Below are positions 45,180 to 58,437 of a stretch of 64,000 bases of DNA, piece by piece. The stretch comes from the human T2T-CHM13v2.0 reference genome, Homo sapiens. Below the pieces are notes generated by a model, which worked only from the letters and a program-made list of their open reading frames with translations, was not told the origin of the DNA and made no database searches. Every line of letters begins with the position of its first letter. Position 1 is the first letter of the stretch. The position numbers were made by a program, and so were the translations under genes. Where the stretch lies: the NCBI RefSeq assembly GCF_009914755.1, contig NC_060936.1; one strand, given 5' to 3'.

Positions 45180-47390
45180 GTTTTTTACAGTGAATCCAAA
45201 TAGTCAAACAAGGATCTGTTTACCTAGAGCAGAAGCCTCTGGAATTGTAAACTGGTAGGAATATTTAAAAGATAAATTTGATGAGCTGTAGGAGGCTAGT
45301 TGTGAACTAGCTTGAGAATAAAAATCTTCTGGGGACCAGGTTTAGAGAGAACCTATATTTTAGTGAGTTTTGCCTCAAGGAACTCCACCAGTTCCCCAAG
45401 GTGAAAGTCTGAAAAAGATTCCGTCATGGATTTGACAGGAGGAAGATTTGGATTTGACAGGAGGAAGAGAAGAGTAATCACTGTGAAACATGGCCAGGGA
45501 ATTCTTCATAACAAAAGCATATTAGGGTCTTGTTCTAGCCGAGGGAAGGGAATCTTTCCCACTCCAGCCCCCTTTAGCCTTCTTGTCTTACTTACCTAAG
45601 AGGGAGAAAAAAATGCTAAGAAACACTTGTGAAGGTCACAGCCACACTTACTAAAAGACTGAGATTTAATCATAAGATTATAGAATCTTTCCCCTCCATC
45701 CATACCTTATCATCACACCAACAGGGCTTCAGTATAATAACGGTGGATTACAACTAAATATGTTGCAAGATGCAGCCTCTCTGTGTGAAAGGGTAGTTAG
45801 GGAATCTCAAAGTCCAGAGAATAGGAAAAAGAAAGAACACTGGACAAATTTGAAGCCTCTGACCCCTGCAGCTACAACAAACATTAAACACAACCCGACA
45901 TCTAGCCAGATTAACATAAAACCTCATACTAAAGATTTGTTTATCCCAGTTTCTATTACCTGATACATCATGCTTGGTTTTCAATAAAAATTATGAGGCA
46001 TACCAAAAGGCACAAAAAGATACAGGCTAAAGAGACAAAGCAAGCATAAGAACCAAATTCAGATATGACATGGATGTTGGAATTTTCAAATAAAGAATTT
46101 AAAATAAATACGATCAATATGTGCTCTAACAGAACAAGTAGACAACATAAAAGAACAGATGGCAAGGTAAACATAATGATGAAAACTCAGAATCAAAAAG
46201 AAATGCTATAAATAAAAAACACTGTAACAGAATTAACAAATGCCTTCAATGGGTTCATCTGTAGTTTGGAAATGGCCAAAGAATCAGTGAACTTGAAGAC
46301 AGGTCAATACGAACTTCCCAAACTAAAATGGAAAGAGAAAAAAAACCCAGAACATACAAGAACTGTGGGACAATTTTCCAAGGTGCAGCATATACATAAT
46401 TGTAATACATGAAGGAGAAACAGAGGGAGAGAATGGGGCAGAAAAAAATATATGAAATAATTATGGTTAAGAACTTCCTAAAATTAATGACAGACACAAA
46501 ACAGTAGATCCAGACATCTCAGAGGACATTTAGAAAATTTACAGGAGACATACACCTTATAGAAGAATGACGATAACAATTACAGTGAGAGATCTATTGA
46601 ACAACATGGTGACTACAGTTAATAACATCATATTGTGTTTTGAACATCGCTAAGAGGGTAGATTCTAAGTGGTTTTACCACAAAAAATGATAAGTATGTA
46701 AAATAATACATAAGTTAATTAACTTGATGGGGCCATTCCACAGGTATATATATTTCAAAACATCACACTTCACACTATAGATATATATATATATACACAC
46801 ACACAGACAAAATGCTTTTATGTATATATACACACACATGCACTGATGCAGTATATATATATACACACACACACACAGTACTATATAGTACTGTATATAT
46901 ATATACACACACAGTATATATATACACACACACACAGTACTATATAGTACTGTATATATATATACTGATACCAATATATATACTGATATAAATAGTATAT
47001 ATACACACACACTATTTTTATTTGTCAATTTTAAAATTTACTTAAAAACAAATTACAGTAGACTTCTCATCAGAAATCATGAGAGCAAGAAAATAGTGGA
47101 ATAAAATAAACTATTGAAAAACAGAAAACACCAACCCAGAATTCTATATCCAGTAAAATTATCCTTCAGCACTAAAAGAAAAACTAAGACTGTTTTAGAC
47201 ACACACAAAAATGAGAAATTCATTGCCAGCCTACTTGCCCACAGGAGAGGTTAAAAGAAGTTTTTTGGGGAAAGGGAAAATAATATAGGTCATAAACTCA
47301 TCTACATAAAAAAGAAAAGACTTGGAGAAGGAATAAATAATATGAAATCTTTTTTTGTCTCATTCTTGATTGATCTAAAAAGTAACTGCT
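45180..47390 (+). mobile_element. Old L1M 5'/ORF1-region remnant with a nested L1MA 3' fragment (~46590-47040)
   Basis: ORF1-like gaatcagtgaacttgaagacagg, gacttctcatcagaaatcatg, caacccagaattctatatccag; nested gagatctattgaacaacatggtgactacagttaataac. The word acaattacagt occurs on both sides of the nested piece (~46577 and ~47049, imperfect), like a TSD. Confidence 0.7.
46775..47012. repeat. Complex (TA)n/(CA)n microsatellite with embedded palindromes
   Basis: Read directly; ACAGTACTATATAGTACTGT at 46875-46894 and 46934-46953. Confidence 0.9.
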
Positions 47391-48827
47391 CCTAAAAGAG
47401 CTTACTGCCTGTTTCATTCCAAAAAAGCCCCCTGTGACCTCCATCATGTCTCCTTTTCCTGCTTTATTTTTATTTGATTAACCATATACCATATGTGTAA
47501 CTGTTCACAAGTTTAATGTTCATTTCCCTCACTAGAACGTAAGCCCCATGAGGGTAAGTACCAGCTCTGAGCCATATCCCAAGCGCTTGGCACATAGTAA
47601 ATTCTCAAAAACTTATACTGGAAAAAAAAAAAAGAATGAATGAATGAATCCCTCATCTCTCCAGTGAATGCTCTTCAGTATTACAGTGTCACCCTACTCC
47701 ATGTCGCCATATCACCTCTGTCTTCTTCTGCAGAGTTCCCTCTGGGTAACCACTTCACTTCTCTTTCCTCAGAGATTGGTCCACATTGCTCAGTTTATCA
47801 AAGTCACTCATTCCAGCTCTAGTCACCACAGTGGCTTGCCCCCATCAAAGGTGGCAAACAAGTTTTGTCTCAAATACCAGTGCCCCAAAATTGGTTGTGG
47901 CATCAATTTTTCAAGAAGAGTTCTAGGGCTGTGTCTTGTTCATGGAGCAATTACTGATATCTGCCATGGATGTGGGAAAGTAAACTTGCTACAAGAGGAA
48001 GAGGCATTTGTCATAGCTCAGGCACTCTGCTAAGTATAAATGTGCCTTTTCCTTCTTCTGAGAGAAGGATATTCTTTCTCCCAATATCACTCAACCACCC
48101 CCTCTCTCCTAGTAAAGGGACACATGGGTCAGCCTCTCATCATGCAACAGAAGATAACTGCAGAGTATTCAGATATAGTTCATCCTCCTCCCAGGATACC
48201 GCCTCTTCCCCATGACATCATCAGCCTTATTCAGTTGCATGTAAATCACAGAAAATCTCCAGCCCAGGACACAGATTTATATTGGAATGTTTTATTTTTA
48301 AATGTCTGGGCTAGACTACAAATTGTTTCAAACATGAGATATAATTTTAAAAACATTGGTCTGAGAGCCAGAGCATTTGGTCCTAGTGGATACATTGATT
48401 CATTGAATGAATGTCTCTAGGCATTGGTTTCCCCATCTATAGAAAAATAAAAATGATCTCCAAAGTCTTCTCCAATTTTAATAAGCCTATGAGATTCTGA
48501 GTAGTTTTTTTTAACTACACTGAGCATTTTTTTCTTTAATGAACTTCATTTAGTTATTTTTTGAAACACTATGTTACCACATGAAATTGGTATTTTGTAG
48601 GTCAAAAATGGTCAAATATAGGCCATTTCACATATTACAACTTAATATCATATGTACAAAAGGGTATATATATACACATGTTAACATATACAAAAAGAAA
48701 ATAAATAGCCCCAGACCCACCCAATTTCATTATATGAGTATCCACAATGTATTTGTCCATTCTCTTATTGACAGACATAGGGGTGAAGCCCAGTCTTATG
48801 TTGTTTTTGTTTTAATATTACCAACAT

Positions 48828-49107
48828 GCTGGGCACGGTGGCTCACGTCTGTAATCTCAGCACTTTAGGAGGCCAAGGTGGGTTCATTGCTTGAGGCCAG
48901 CCTGAGCAACATGGCAAAACCCAGTCTCTACAAAAATTACAAAAAGCTAGCCAGGTATGGTGGCATGTGCCTGTAGTCTTAGCTACTCCAGAGGTTGAGG
49001 TAGGAAGACTACTTGAGTATGGGAGGCAGAGGTTGCAGTGAGATCACACCACTGCACTCCAGCCTGGGCAACAGAGCAAGACTCCATCTCAAAAAAAAAC
49101 AAAAAAG
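48828..49107 (+). mobile_element. AluJ-type SINE within an old antisense L1M fragment
   Basis: gctgggcacggtggctcacgtctgtaatc...ctctacaaaaattac...gcaagactccatctcaaaa; TSD-like tattaccaaca / tattacaaaca. Confidence 0.9.
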
Positions 49108-51886
49108 TATTACAAACAAGACTTCTGTGAACACCCTTGTATATGTCTTCTTGTGCATGTACCCTAGTTTCTCTAGGAGTGCCAAGTCATGGGGTGTGCA
49201 TATCTTCAATCTTATTATAGAATACCCATTGTTTTCCAAAATGTTTATACCAATTTACACTCCTATAAGCAGTGAATACAGTTTTCTGTTGTTCCATATC
49301 CTTGCCAACACTTGCTATTACCTGAATTGTTTTTTGAATTTTTGCCTCTGTCAGGTAGAAAATGGCACTGCATTGTGGTTTTAATATGTATTTTCCTGAC
49401 AAAGAATGAACTTGAGCATCTCCCCTCCCACTAAATCTTTCATCTGAATTGCTTACAAACTGTATAATTGTGGGCTGAGTTTCAGTCCCTTTCCTTTCTC
49501 CTGCCCCGTGTATTCTAACCAGCTGGTGAATAGTGACATAGCCCTGGAGGACACAGTGGGGAGCTCTTGGAGAATCCACAATGTCAATAATCTGCCTCTA
49601 AATGAATAACCAGGATTTGACCTTCAGGAATTGTACTCACACAATTCAACTGGCCATGCCCCAGTGCAATATTTCACATCGTGCTAAAACTCTGGTGAAG
49701 CAGTATTTTGCATGCAATTAAGTACTTGAATGATTCTTTCATCTAAATGATTAACTTATGTCAACCACAGCTTGCTGGAGACACAAAAGGCTTGTGCTAC
49801 CTGCCTGCATTATTAGTCCAGACAACACCTTAGCTTTCTTATATGAGGCTGTTTCCAAGTCTTTCATTCTCCCCACTTCAGAACATACATTTTCTCACTG
49901 ACTCTTTTTAAACATGATATTAAGATGGGAAAAGGGCTGATATTAAAATTCGAAGGGCTGTATATGTGAACCTTTTAAATCACATCATTCAAAAGCACAT
50001 ATTCAGGAAACCAACCCTTCACTGTGTTTATTCTTTAAGAAAAAAAGCGAAAATGTTTTCCCCTCATGCTAGAGAATTCAACAGGAATGATGATCTTTCT
50101 TAAATGAACCTATGGATAAATAATTCTGATGAATAAAATTAAGGAGAAGAGTGGGGAAAGAGTCACACAGGGAGTCAGAAACAATTGAAAAAGAAATCCA
50201 GGCTACCCCCAACCCTAGTCTTTGTTGAAGGGATCACCAGAGATCTACATAGATATTATTTTGAAATTTAGAGCTTCAACTTGTATGAACAAGAATACCC
50301 ATGCTGAGTTTTTGCATGCCCCTGTGAAACAGCAAAAGAACTCGACAGACCCTATTCTTGCATTAAAGCAACACACTGTGGAAAGCCTGAAAATAAACCA
50401 TCTATGCTTGATTAATTAGGTTTGTAAGTATTGTTTCAGAACCAAACAATATTTCTAAAGATTTCAATAGTTCAAAGATTGCCCTATGGCCGTCTGGCCA
50501 ATACATCTTCTAACACATGCAGTTTACAAGCATTTTTCTTCCCAATATGTTGTCTTTGGTTGGTGCGACATTGTTTGAGTGCAGGGCTATTTGGGTCATA
50601 GTGGTTTTCTCCTTCGCACAGCAGTGGTGCTGAGCACAGCACTTTGACCATACATCTTCCATGTCATTTCCATCAAAGGCACATGATACTTCCTGGTGAC
50701 CAATCAGGAGTGGTCCAGCATCCTAACAGAGGGCATATTGGCAAAGCAAGCTTCCTTAATGACAGCCATTGTTCAAGGCCAACAAAAGGGAGGTCCTGAA
50801 TATTAACATGTGGCCTTGTGCAAAGGTCACCGGTATGGCACATCCATCATATTTCACAACCGAGAAAGAAAACGTTATAAGTTCTGTCAGAACCTACTGC
50901 TGTCCACATAAATGTATTAGGCTGACAGGTGACACCAACAAGGCAGATGATCTTGAGTGATGATATCCTCTTTCAACAAACATCCTTTCACTTCTTTGAA
51001 GCAGCAGCAGACATTACGGTGAGAGATAATGGTTAAGGAATATACCTCAAGGCCACAGGGGGTTAGAATAATCAGGCAACCCAATAGAAATATTAACTTA
51101 ATAACATGTAATCATTACACCAAATGGTATCTCCTTCTAATAGGCATAATTTCCCACACTGAGAAGAGAAATCACATATTTTAACGCCTCAGAGTCTTCA
51201 AGCATCTTCTTAATAGTAAAGACCGGTAAATCCATGAAATTTCCATCAGTAAGATTTAGACTGTTGATACAGTTAGTAAAAGAGAACTTACTCAAAGGCC
51301 TGAGTTTACTGACAACGCCACATTTGGTTAAATGTTATGCAAAGCAAACTATAATGATAGAACTGAATGGAGCTAAATTATGTCACATGATTTCAATACT
51401 AAACCTAACAGCAAATAGCAAGCTTTCTTAACTGACAATTGTGCTTAGAGACGGTTCTACATTCAATATTAGAGATATGGGGTTCTGGTTATTAAATATC
51501 ATCTTTTTAAAAAGTTGGACTTTATTTCTAGTTAAGAGATTTGAAAAAAAAAATCAAGGAAAAGATTAGTGAATAAGCATGTATCTCATCTGCTGCTTAT
51601 GCTCACAACAATCTCCCTGTCTACTGAATGACTGCAGTTATTTCTTGCTGTATCCTCATTGGACACATTGTAACTGAATGTCTTAGGTGAGTATACCTTT
51701 TTTAAAAAAAAATAGTTGTAAGTTATTAGAGGGAAGAATATGCATCTTTATGTTTTTCTGAATCCAGCCCAGTGCCTAGCATGCCACGCTCTGTGAGTGT
51801 TCTATAGTTGTTACACAAATGCATTAATACATATAAATAACAATTCTAAGTACTTTAGAAAGTTTTTTTAAAAATTTCTGGTTGGC

Positions 51887-52834
51887 CTACAAAATGGGAG
51901 AAAATTTTTGCAACCTACTCATCTGACAAAGGACTAATATCCAGAATCTACAAAGAACTCAAACAAATTTACAAGAAAAAAACAAACAACCCCATCACAA
52001 AGTGGGCGAAGGACATGAACAGACACTTCTCAAAAGAAGACATTTATGCAGCCAAAAAACACATGAAAAAATGCTCATCATCACTGGCCATCAGAGAAAT
52101 GCAAATCAAAACCACAATGAGATACCATCTCACGCCAGTTAGAATGGCAATCATTAAAAAGTCAGGAAACAACAGGTGCTGGAGAGGATGTGGAGAAATA
52201 GGAACACTTTTACACTGTTGGTGGGACTGTAAACTAGTTCAACCATTGTGGAAGTCAGTGTGGCGATTCCTCAGGGATCTAGAACTAGAAATACCATTTG
52301 ACCCAGCCACCCCATTACTGGGTATATACCCAAAGGACTATAAATCATGCTGCTATAAAGACACATGCACACGTATGTTTATTGCGGCACTATTCACAAT
52401 AGCAAAGACTTGGAACCAACCCAAATGTCCAACAATGATAGACTGGATTAAGAAAATGTGGCACATATACACCATGGAATACTATGCAGCCATAAAAAAT
52501 GATGAGTTCATGTCCTTTGTAGGGACATGGATGAAATTGGAAATCATCATTCTCAGTAAACTATCGCAAGAACAAAAAACCAAACACCACATATTCTCAC
52601 TCATAGGTGGGAATTGAACAATGAGATCACATGGACACAGGAAGGGGAACATCACACTCTGGGGCCTGTTGTGGGGTGGGGGAAGGGGGGAGGGATAGCA
52701 TTGGGAGATATACCTAATGCTAGATGAGGAGTTAGTGGGTGCAGCACACCAGCGTGGCACATGTATACATATGTAACTAACCTGCACAATGTGCACATGT
52801 ACCCTAAAACTTAAAGTATAATAATAAAAGAAAA
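51887..52834 (+). mobile_element. 5'-truncated young L1 (L1PA2-like, non-Ta): ORF2 C-terminus, 3' UTR and poly(A)
   Basis: ORF 52015-52617 is open to the native ORF2 end (...IFSLIGGN*); perfect 17-bp TSD aaaaatttctggttggc at 51870-51886 and 52835-52851 at a TT/AAAA site; GAG rather than ACA at the Ta diagnostic position. Confidence 0.96.
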
Positions 52835-52901
52835 AAAAATTTCTGGTTGGCAATGCATTATTAAACTTATATAGTAATTATGTTTTATTCTGTCTTCTCA
52901 G

Positions 52902-52924
52902 ATGTGCACGCGCGTGCGTGCGCG

Positions 52925-52967
<43 letters not shown>

Positions 52968-52970
52968 ACA
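52902..52970. repeat. (CG)n/(CA)n alternating purine-pyrimidine tract
   Basis: 69 bp of unbroken alternation containing 12 CpGs. Confidence 0.95.
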
Positions 52971-55900
52971 ACTTTCTTTAAGCCAATGATCCTACTACTC
53001 TAAGTAGTTTAAATGAGAACTTCCTTACTCTAGAGTCTTCCCTTCTCTGGCTGCAATGGGAAAATCACCCAAGGTGATACCCTACCCCCATCCACAGTTG
53101 ATTGGTCAAGGTTTGTGCAACTTGCACTCATACTTGGACAATTAGACTCCTTTGATGGATTTTTTTTTTCTTAGGACTTAACAGACCACATCTCAGTACC
53201 TTTCTGGGGCAGATGCTGGCAGCTATTGGAGACCATGTTTTCATATTTCACTGTTTTCACTGCAGAGGCTACAGTGAGCAAAAGAAGATGACATGCAGGA
53301 AGAATGAGAGGCACAGATGGAGGTCTCAGGACTGCTGAAGATCCTGGCTCAGAGCCTCCCTGAGGCCAACCTCACCCCAAATTCCATGTGCTTTGGATAT
53401 ATGAGCCACTTCCCTTTTTGGCCAGCGTACTTCAGATAGATCTCGGTAATGTCTTATCGAAATAACTTTAATAAATTAGTTGCTGTTATTGTATTTCATT
53501 AACTAAAACTGCATTTTTTAAAAACGTTTAAACTGGTCTCACCACCACAAATGTCCAAATTCGTAAGAGTGCATTAGGTTAATCTGTTATTTCTCTTAAA
53601 AAAATGGGATGCTTATGAAAAAGATACTTTGATAAGTTGTGAAGACTTGTTTTATCCTCATAAATATGGCCAAACTTATTACCATCTCTTAGTGAATTCA
53701 AAAAACAAAAGTAACAATGACAATGCCCCAGGTAACAATAATGCATGATTGCATATTTCCTACTGGTTATAAAATACTGCTCAGTTCCATTCTATTTGTT
53801 CCATTCTGCAGATGATGAAGAAATAGGCTTATAGAAATTAAGGCTGCCCAACTTTTCATTGGTAGAAGCAATCTTCTACACTGGGCTATAAAGTACCTAG
53901 AACCATGTCTAGTGCCCTGTAGATGCATATACATATATGTATATATATTTCCATTAGTTTTCCTCCAACTCTTTTTTTACCTCCAAATTCTGGCCTTTTC
54001 CTGCTGTATGACTCCTAAATGCTATCAGGGCAACTCCTGAAGCGGATTTCTACAGCCTCCCTTTCTGACTTACGGCAACCCATGATCCTCTCTGCCTCTG
54101 TTTCCCATCAGAAAGAAAGACAGAAATAGTTATTATGTTCATCCAACAAAAAGGAAATTAATGGTTGATTAGATGCCTGTTCAACACAGTGAGGATGAAA
54201 ACCAGTCTTCATGGTGAATTATTGAATTAAGGGGCCAACTTACAGTGTAGCTATGTCTACACAAAGCCAAACATACAGTCAATTCATCCAAAAAAAATAC
54301 AGTTTAGCAACAGGAAAAATGAAATTAGCAGATCAAGACTGTGCAGACAAAATAAAATGAAGAAGTGAATGTCAACACAATAGCACAGTTATAGTCCTGG
54401 CAGAGTTTACAAACTTAAAGAAAGGAGTAAGAATGAGACTTCTGATGCTCACTATCAGAAAAGTAGATGTTCTCTCGAATATGTAAAAGTAGATTCATTA
54501 CATTTGTGTGAGAGTATATGTTTCTCTCTTTCTTCTGATATTTCTATTTTTGGAATTCAAATTTAAAATGAAAATAAGAAAAAAGAAAGCTAGTATCCAA
54601 AGAACTGAGTTACACCCCAGCCCAAGATATTAAAAAGAAATACTCCCTTTGGTAAGCCTGGCATATAACATATTATAATGCAGTCATTCAACATGACTTA
54701 GTATCATATTGGATGAATAAATTTTATCTTATTTTCTACAGGGCACAAAGTATATTGAGATGTATTTTATCTATAGAGAGTTCTATATAATGAAATTCAT
54801 TTGGTGTTCACACTGATTTTCCCACATCCTCTTTAACACTATGGCAAAAAAATCAGAAAATTTTCTTTAAAATGTGTAACTTCTTTACTCTTTAGGTAGC
54901 AGTTGTTGATTAGCATTGAAGTGTGTATGTGTCAACTGCACTTTTAGGAGATGTCATTTTAATGTCCTGTATCATTTTTAGATTTATGTTTTAATCATAA
55001 GCACTTACAATATTATTATGTTGTAACATTTAGAGCCTATAAACTCTAAATAGGCTCTAAAACTGCAGTAAGTTTTGTAACTACTGATTCAGTAGAGTAG
55101 AAGAAGAGATAATAACTTATGAGTAATTTATCACTCTATTAATAATAAAATACAATTAATTAAAATTACAGATATTAATTAATAACTTATTAAGTCTCCG
55201 ACTCACCCAAAAAAATTAGTCCCAAGAGTTAGACAAAGGAAGCATTCTTGAAAACAAATTGGAAAGTATAGTTTTGTGAACTGATTCCTGAACCCCAGGA
55301 ATGAATGCTTGCAGCTGCAACATGAACTGTTTTCTGTTACCTTAAATACTACTGGGCCATATGGAGTATTTTTGAGGACCTGCTATTTTAAAATGTTCTG
55401 TTCATATTTTATGCGATTCCATATGTCTCATCCTTACTTCAGAGTTTCTATTCATTTCCATAAAAATAAGATCTTTGTTTTACAAGTGCTCATTTTTCCC
55501 TGTCCCCTCATCCCTATTATGGCCACAAATCTCCATTTCGGTTCTTACAGCCACTCTAGGACCAGGTGATTATGGCAAGACTAATACAGAATTATTTGGA
55601 AGAAAAAACTGCAGTGGCAGATGATCCATGGGGCTGCAGAGCTCCTGTTTCCCTTGCTCATTCCAATGACCTAACATGGAGGATAATAAACCTGACATTG
55701 GTGTTGAACTATTTCAAAATGAATCAAATATTTGCAGAAATTATTGGTGAAACCCTGAAGGAGGTACTGAAGGAAGATATAATTTGGTTAACCGAAAATT
55801 AACAAAAATGTGCTTTCTGTAAAAGGGAGCTCCTGATAGTTGGGGTTGACTTCGAGCAATTATCCAAACAAAACAGTTGGCGCCTGTGTTGGCAACTAAG

Positions 55901-57129
55901 TAGTGTTTGCATAAAGTAGAGAGAGAAGACAAATATGCATGAAAATTAAATTTAGGCCTCTGGGACCACCCTTTTGGGGACATAGAAGAACTGATTACAT
56001 GTTCACAGCTGGAACTGGTGTTGGCAGGCAGGCCTTATTCATGGGCAGAGAGAAGGACTCTCTTTTTGAACGACGTTCTTGTGGCAAAGCAAGAATGGCA
56101 GCACTGAAAGCATCTGATGCTTACAGACCTTAGGCTCTGCGGCCCCACACTGCTCCGATCTGGCATCCAGTCACAGTTATCTCTACCAATAAATAATTAT
56201 GTGGCTCAAAGTGCATGTGCCTGCCCAACTACAGGTTCTCTCTCACATCATCAGCCTCCCAGACTGCTTTTGGCCACTTTACCATTTAGAAGGTAGCAAG
56301 TACGGCTAAGCAAACAGCCAGTATTCTCGATGACAAGAAGGCTGAGTCTTGCCATACTAAGGTTGAAGGTCATGACATCATGCTGAAGCTGCCTTGGGAC
56401 AAAGTTCTTTGGGTCCTTTAATAAACATAAGTGTGTGCTTTAGCAAGCATTTGTCAACAGTTCTCTCAGCATGGTTGTCTTGGCATCTGTGGTGGTGGTT
56501 TGCAATATTGGCCCCAATTCTTCACCCTTCCTTTGCACTGTGACATTGCCCCATATTAAGATAGAGCTTGTTTTCCTCCTCCTTAATCTGGGCTGGATTT
56601 GTGGCTTGTTTTACCCAACAGAACGTGGCAGAAATGATATGGAGGGCTTCCTATGACAACTTAAAGCATGGAGAATGAGCATGCTTCCTGTGACAACTTA
56701 AAGCATGGAGAATGAGCATCAGAGAATGAGCGATTCTCTGATGAATTGGAGAAAAATGAACAATAGCATCCTAAGACAAGAAAGAGTACATTGTGCTCAA
56801 TAATAATATTTATTGGACACTCATGATGTGCCAGGAATAGTTCAAACTATTTTACTTGTATTAACTAATTTAATTTCCTCACAACAATTTGATGAGGTTA
56901 TCATTACCCTCCATTTTTTCAAATAAAGAAAACAAGGCCCATGGTGGTTAAGAATCTTGGCTAATGTCTTACTAATTGACAGAGTCAGGATTCAGACACA
57001 AGGTGATTGGGCTTCAGAACCAATATTCTTTCACCATTATATTATGGGGCTCTTGAAAGAATTGAAAGAAGCTCAGCAGAACAAGATAGGCTTGTCAAAG
57101 ATAAAAGCCAGGACTTCTGCAATAACCTC

Positions 57130-57790
57130 ACAACCAAGGTCCAGCGGCCACTCATAGACTCTTCAGTCTATTCTCCATAGAGCCACCAGGGGGATCCTTT
57201 TAAAAGCTAAATCAGATCCTGTTGCTTCCTTGCTCAAGGCCTTCCAATGGCTTCCCATTACACTTACAGAAAAATTAAGATTTATTTTTATGGTCACAAG
57301 GCCCTACATGATCTAGCCCCTTCCTACCGCTCTACTTACATACCTTACCACCCTCTGCCTTTTGCACTCCACTCCAGCCACAGTGGCGTTCTTCCTGCTT
57401 CTTGACTGCTCCAAGCTTGTTCCTACCCAGGTTCCATGCTTTTGCTGTTCCCTCTGCTTAGAATGCTACTTTCCCAGACATTGACATTGGCTCAATCTTC
57501 TTGTCTCCTTCAAGCTGCACAAAACTTATGTCCTCAGAGAGGCCTTCTTTGGTCACCTTTTCTAAAATGACACCTCTGAACTGCACTGCTCTTTCCTTAC
57601 CCTGTTCCTGATTTACTTTTATTCATAAGACTTAGCACTGCCTAAAATTATATTTGTTTGTTTACTTGTTTACTGTCTGGCTACTGCACTAGAATGTACG
57701 CTCCATAAGGCAAGGTCTTTGGCATTTTTGTTTACTGCCTAGACCAGTGTCCAGCATATTAAAAGCACTCAATACATATTGCTAGAAATT
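57130..57790 (+). mobile_element. L2 LINE 3' portion
   Basis: ccttgctcaaggccttccaatggcttcccatta...cactagaatgtacgctccataagg...gcactcaatacatattgc. Confidence 0.75.
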
Positions 57791-58116
57791 GCTTTATTTT
57801 AAGAGTTTCAAAATTTGGAACATTAATCAATAACAGAATGCCCAAAGTAGGATATGTAGGAGTATAAGAAATAGTTACATTCCTGGCAGGGAGGGGACGA
57901 GGTAGGGGCACAGCAGTTGGAAGCTGGAGATCCCAGGTTCCTGGAATACTCGGGCTGGGACCTTCCGGTTTCTCCTGTCTGCTCCCTACCCCTGTGCCTC
58001 GAGTTTCTCCCTAAAGAAGTGGTTTTCAAGCTTCAGTGAACGAGAGTACAGCTTTTGTGTCAGGACCTCTTGGGTAAGAAGCCCCAAGCATGATTCCAAT
58101 ACAGGTATTCTGGGCA

Positions 58117-58255
58117 TAGGGTTGCCAAATTTAACAAATAAAACTATATAGGAAACCAAGTTAAACCTGAATTTCAGAAAAGCCATGAATATATTGCATG
58201 TGACATACTGATACAAAAAAAATCTAAATAATAGACTGATTTATATCTGAAAATG
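58117..58255. mobile_element. MER53-like hAT MITE fragment
   Basis: agggttgccaaatttaacaaataaaa...ccaagttaaacctgaatttcaga. Confidence 0.65.
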
Positions 58256-58437
58256 CTGTCTGTGGACCACACTTGGAGAAAAAGTGTATAAAAGTAAGAA
58301 GTGATATTCAGTCTGGAGAAAGTAAGGTTGGTTGAGGAAAGGCAATGATTTATAGTGACATACAAATATGGAAAGAAAAAGAACCTCTAGTCTCTGTTGC
58401 TCTAGAGGACAGAATTAAGACCAGGTGTTGAAGTCAC

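Noticed and set aside
50440-51330. Possible processed pseudogene, since the composition looks coding-like
   Set aside because: Inspection of both strands gave only short frames with no recognisable protein, poly(A) or TSD. Kept as an enhancer candidate instead.
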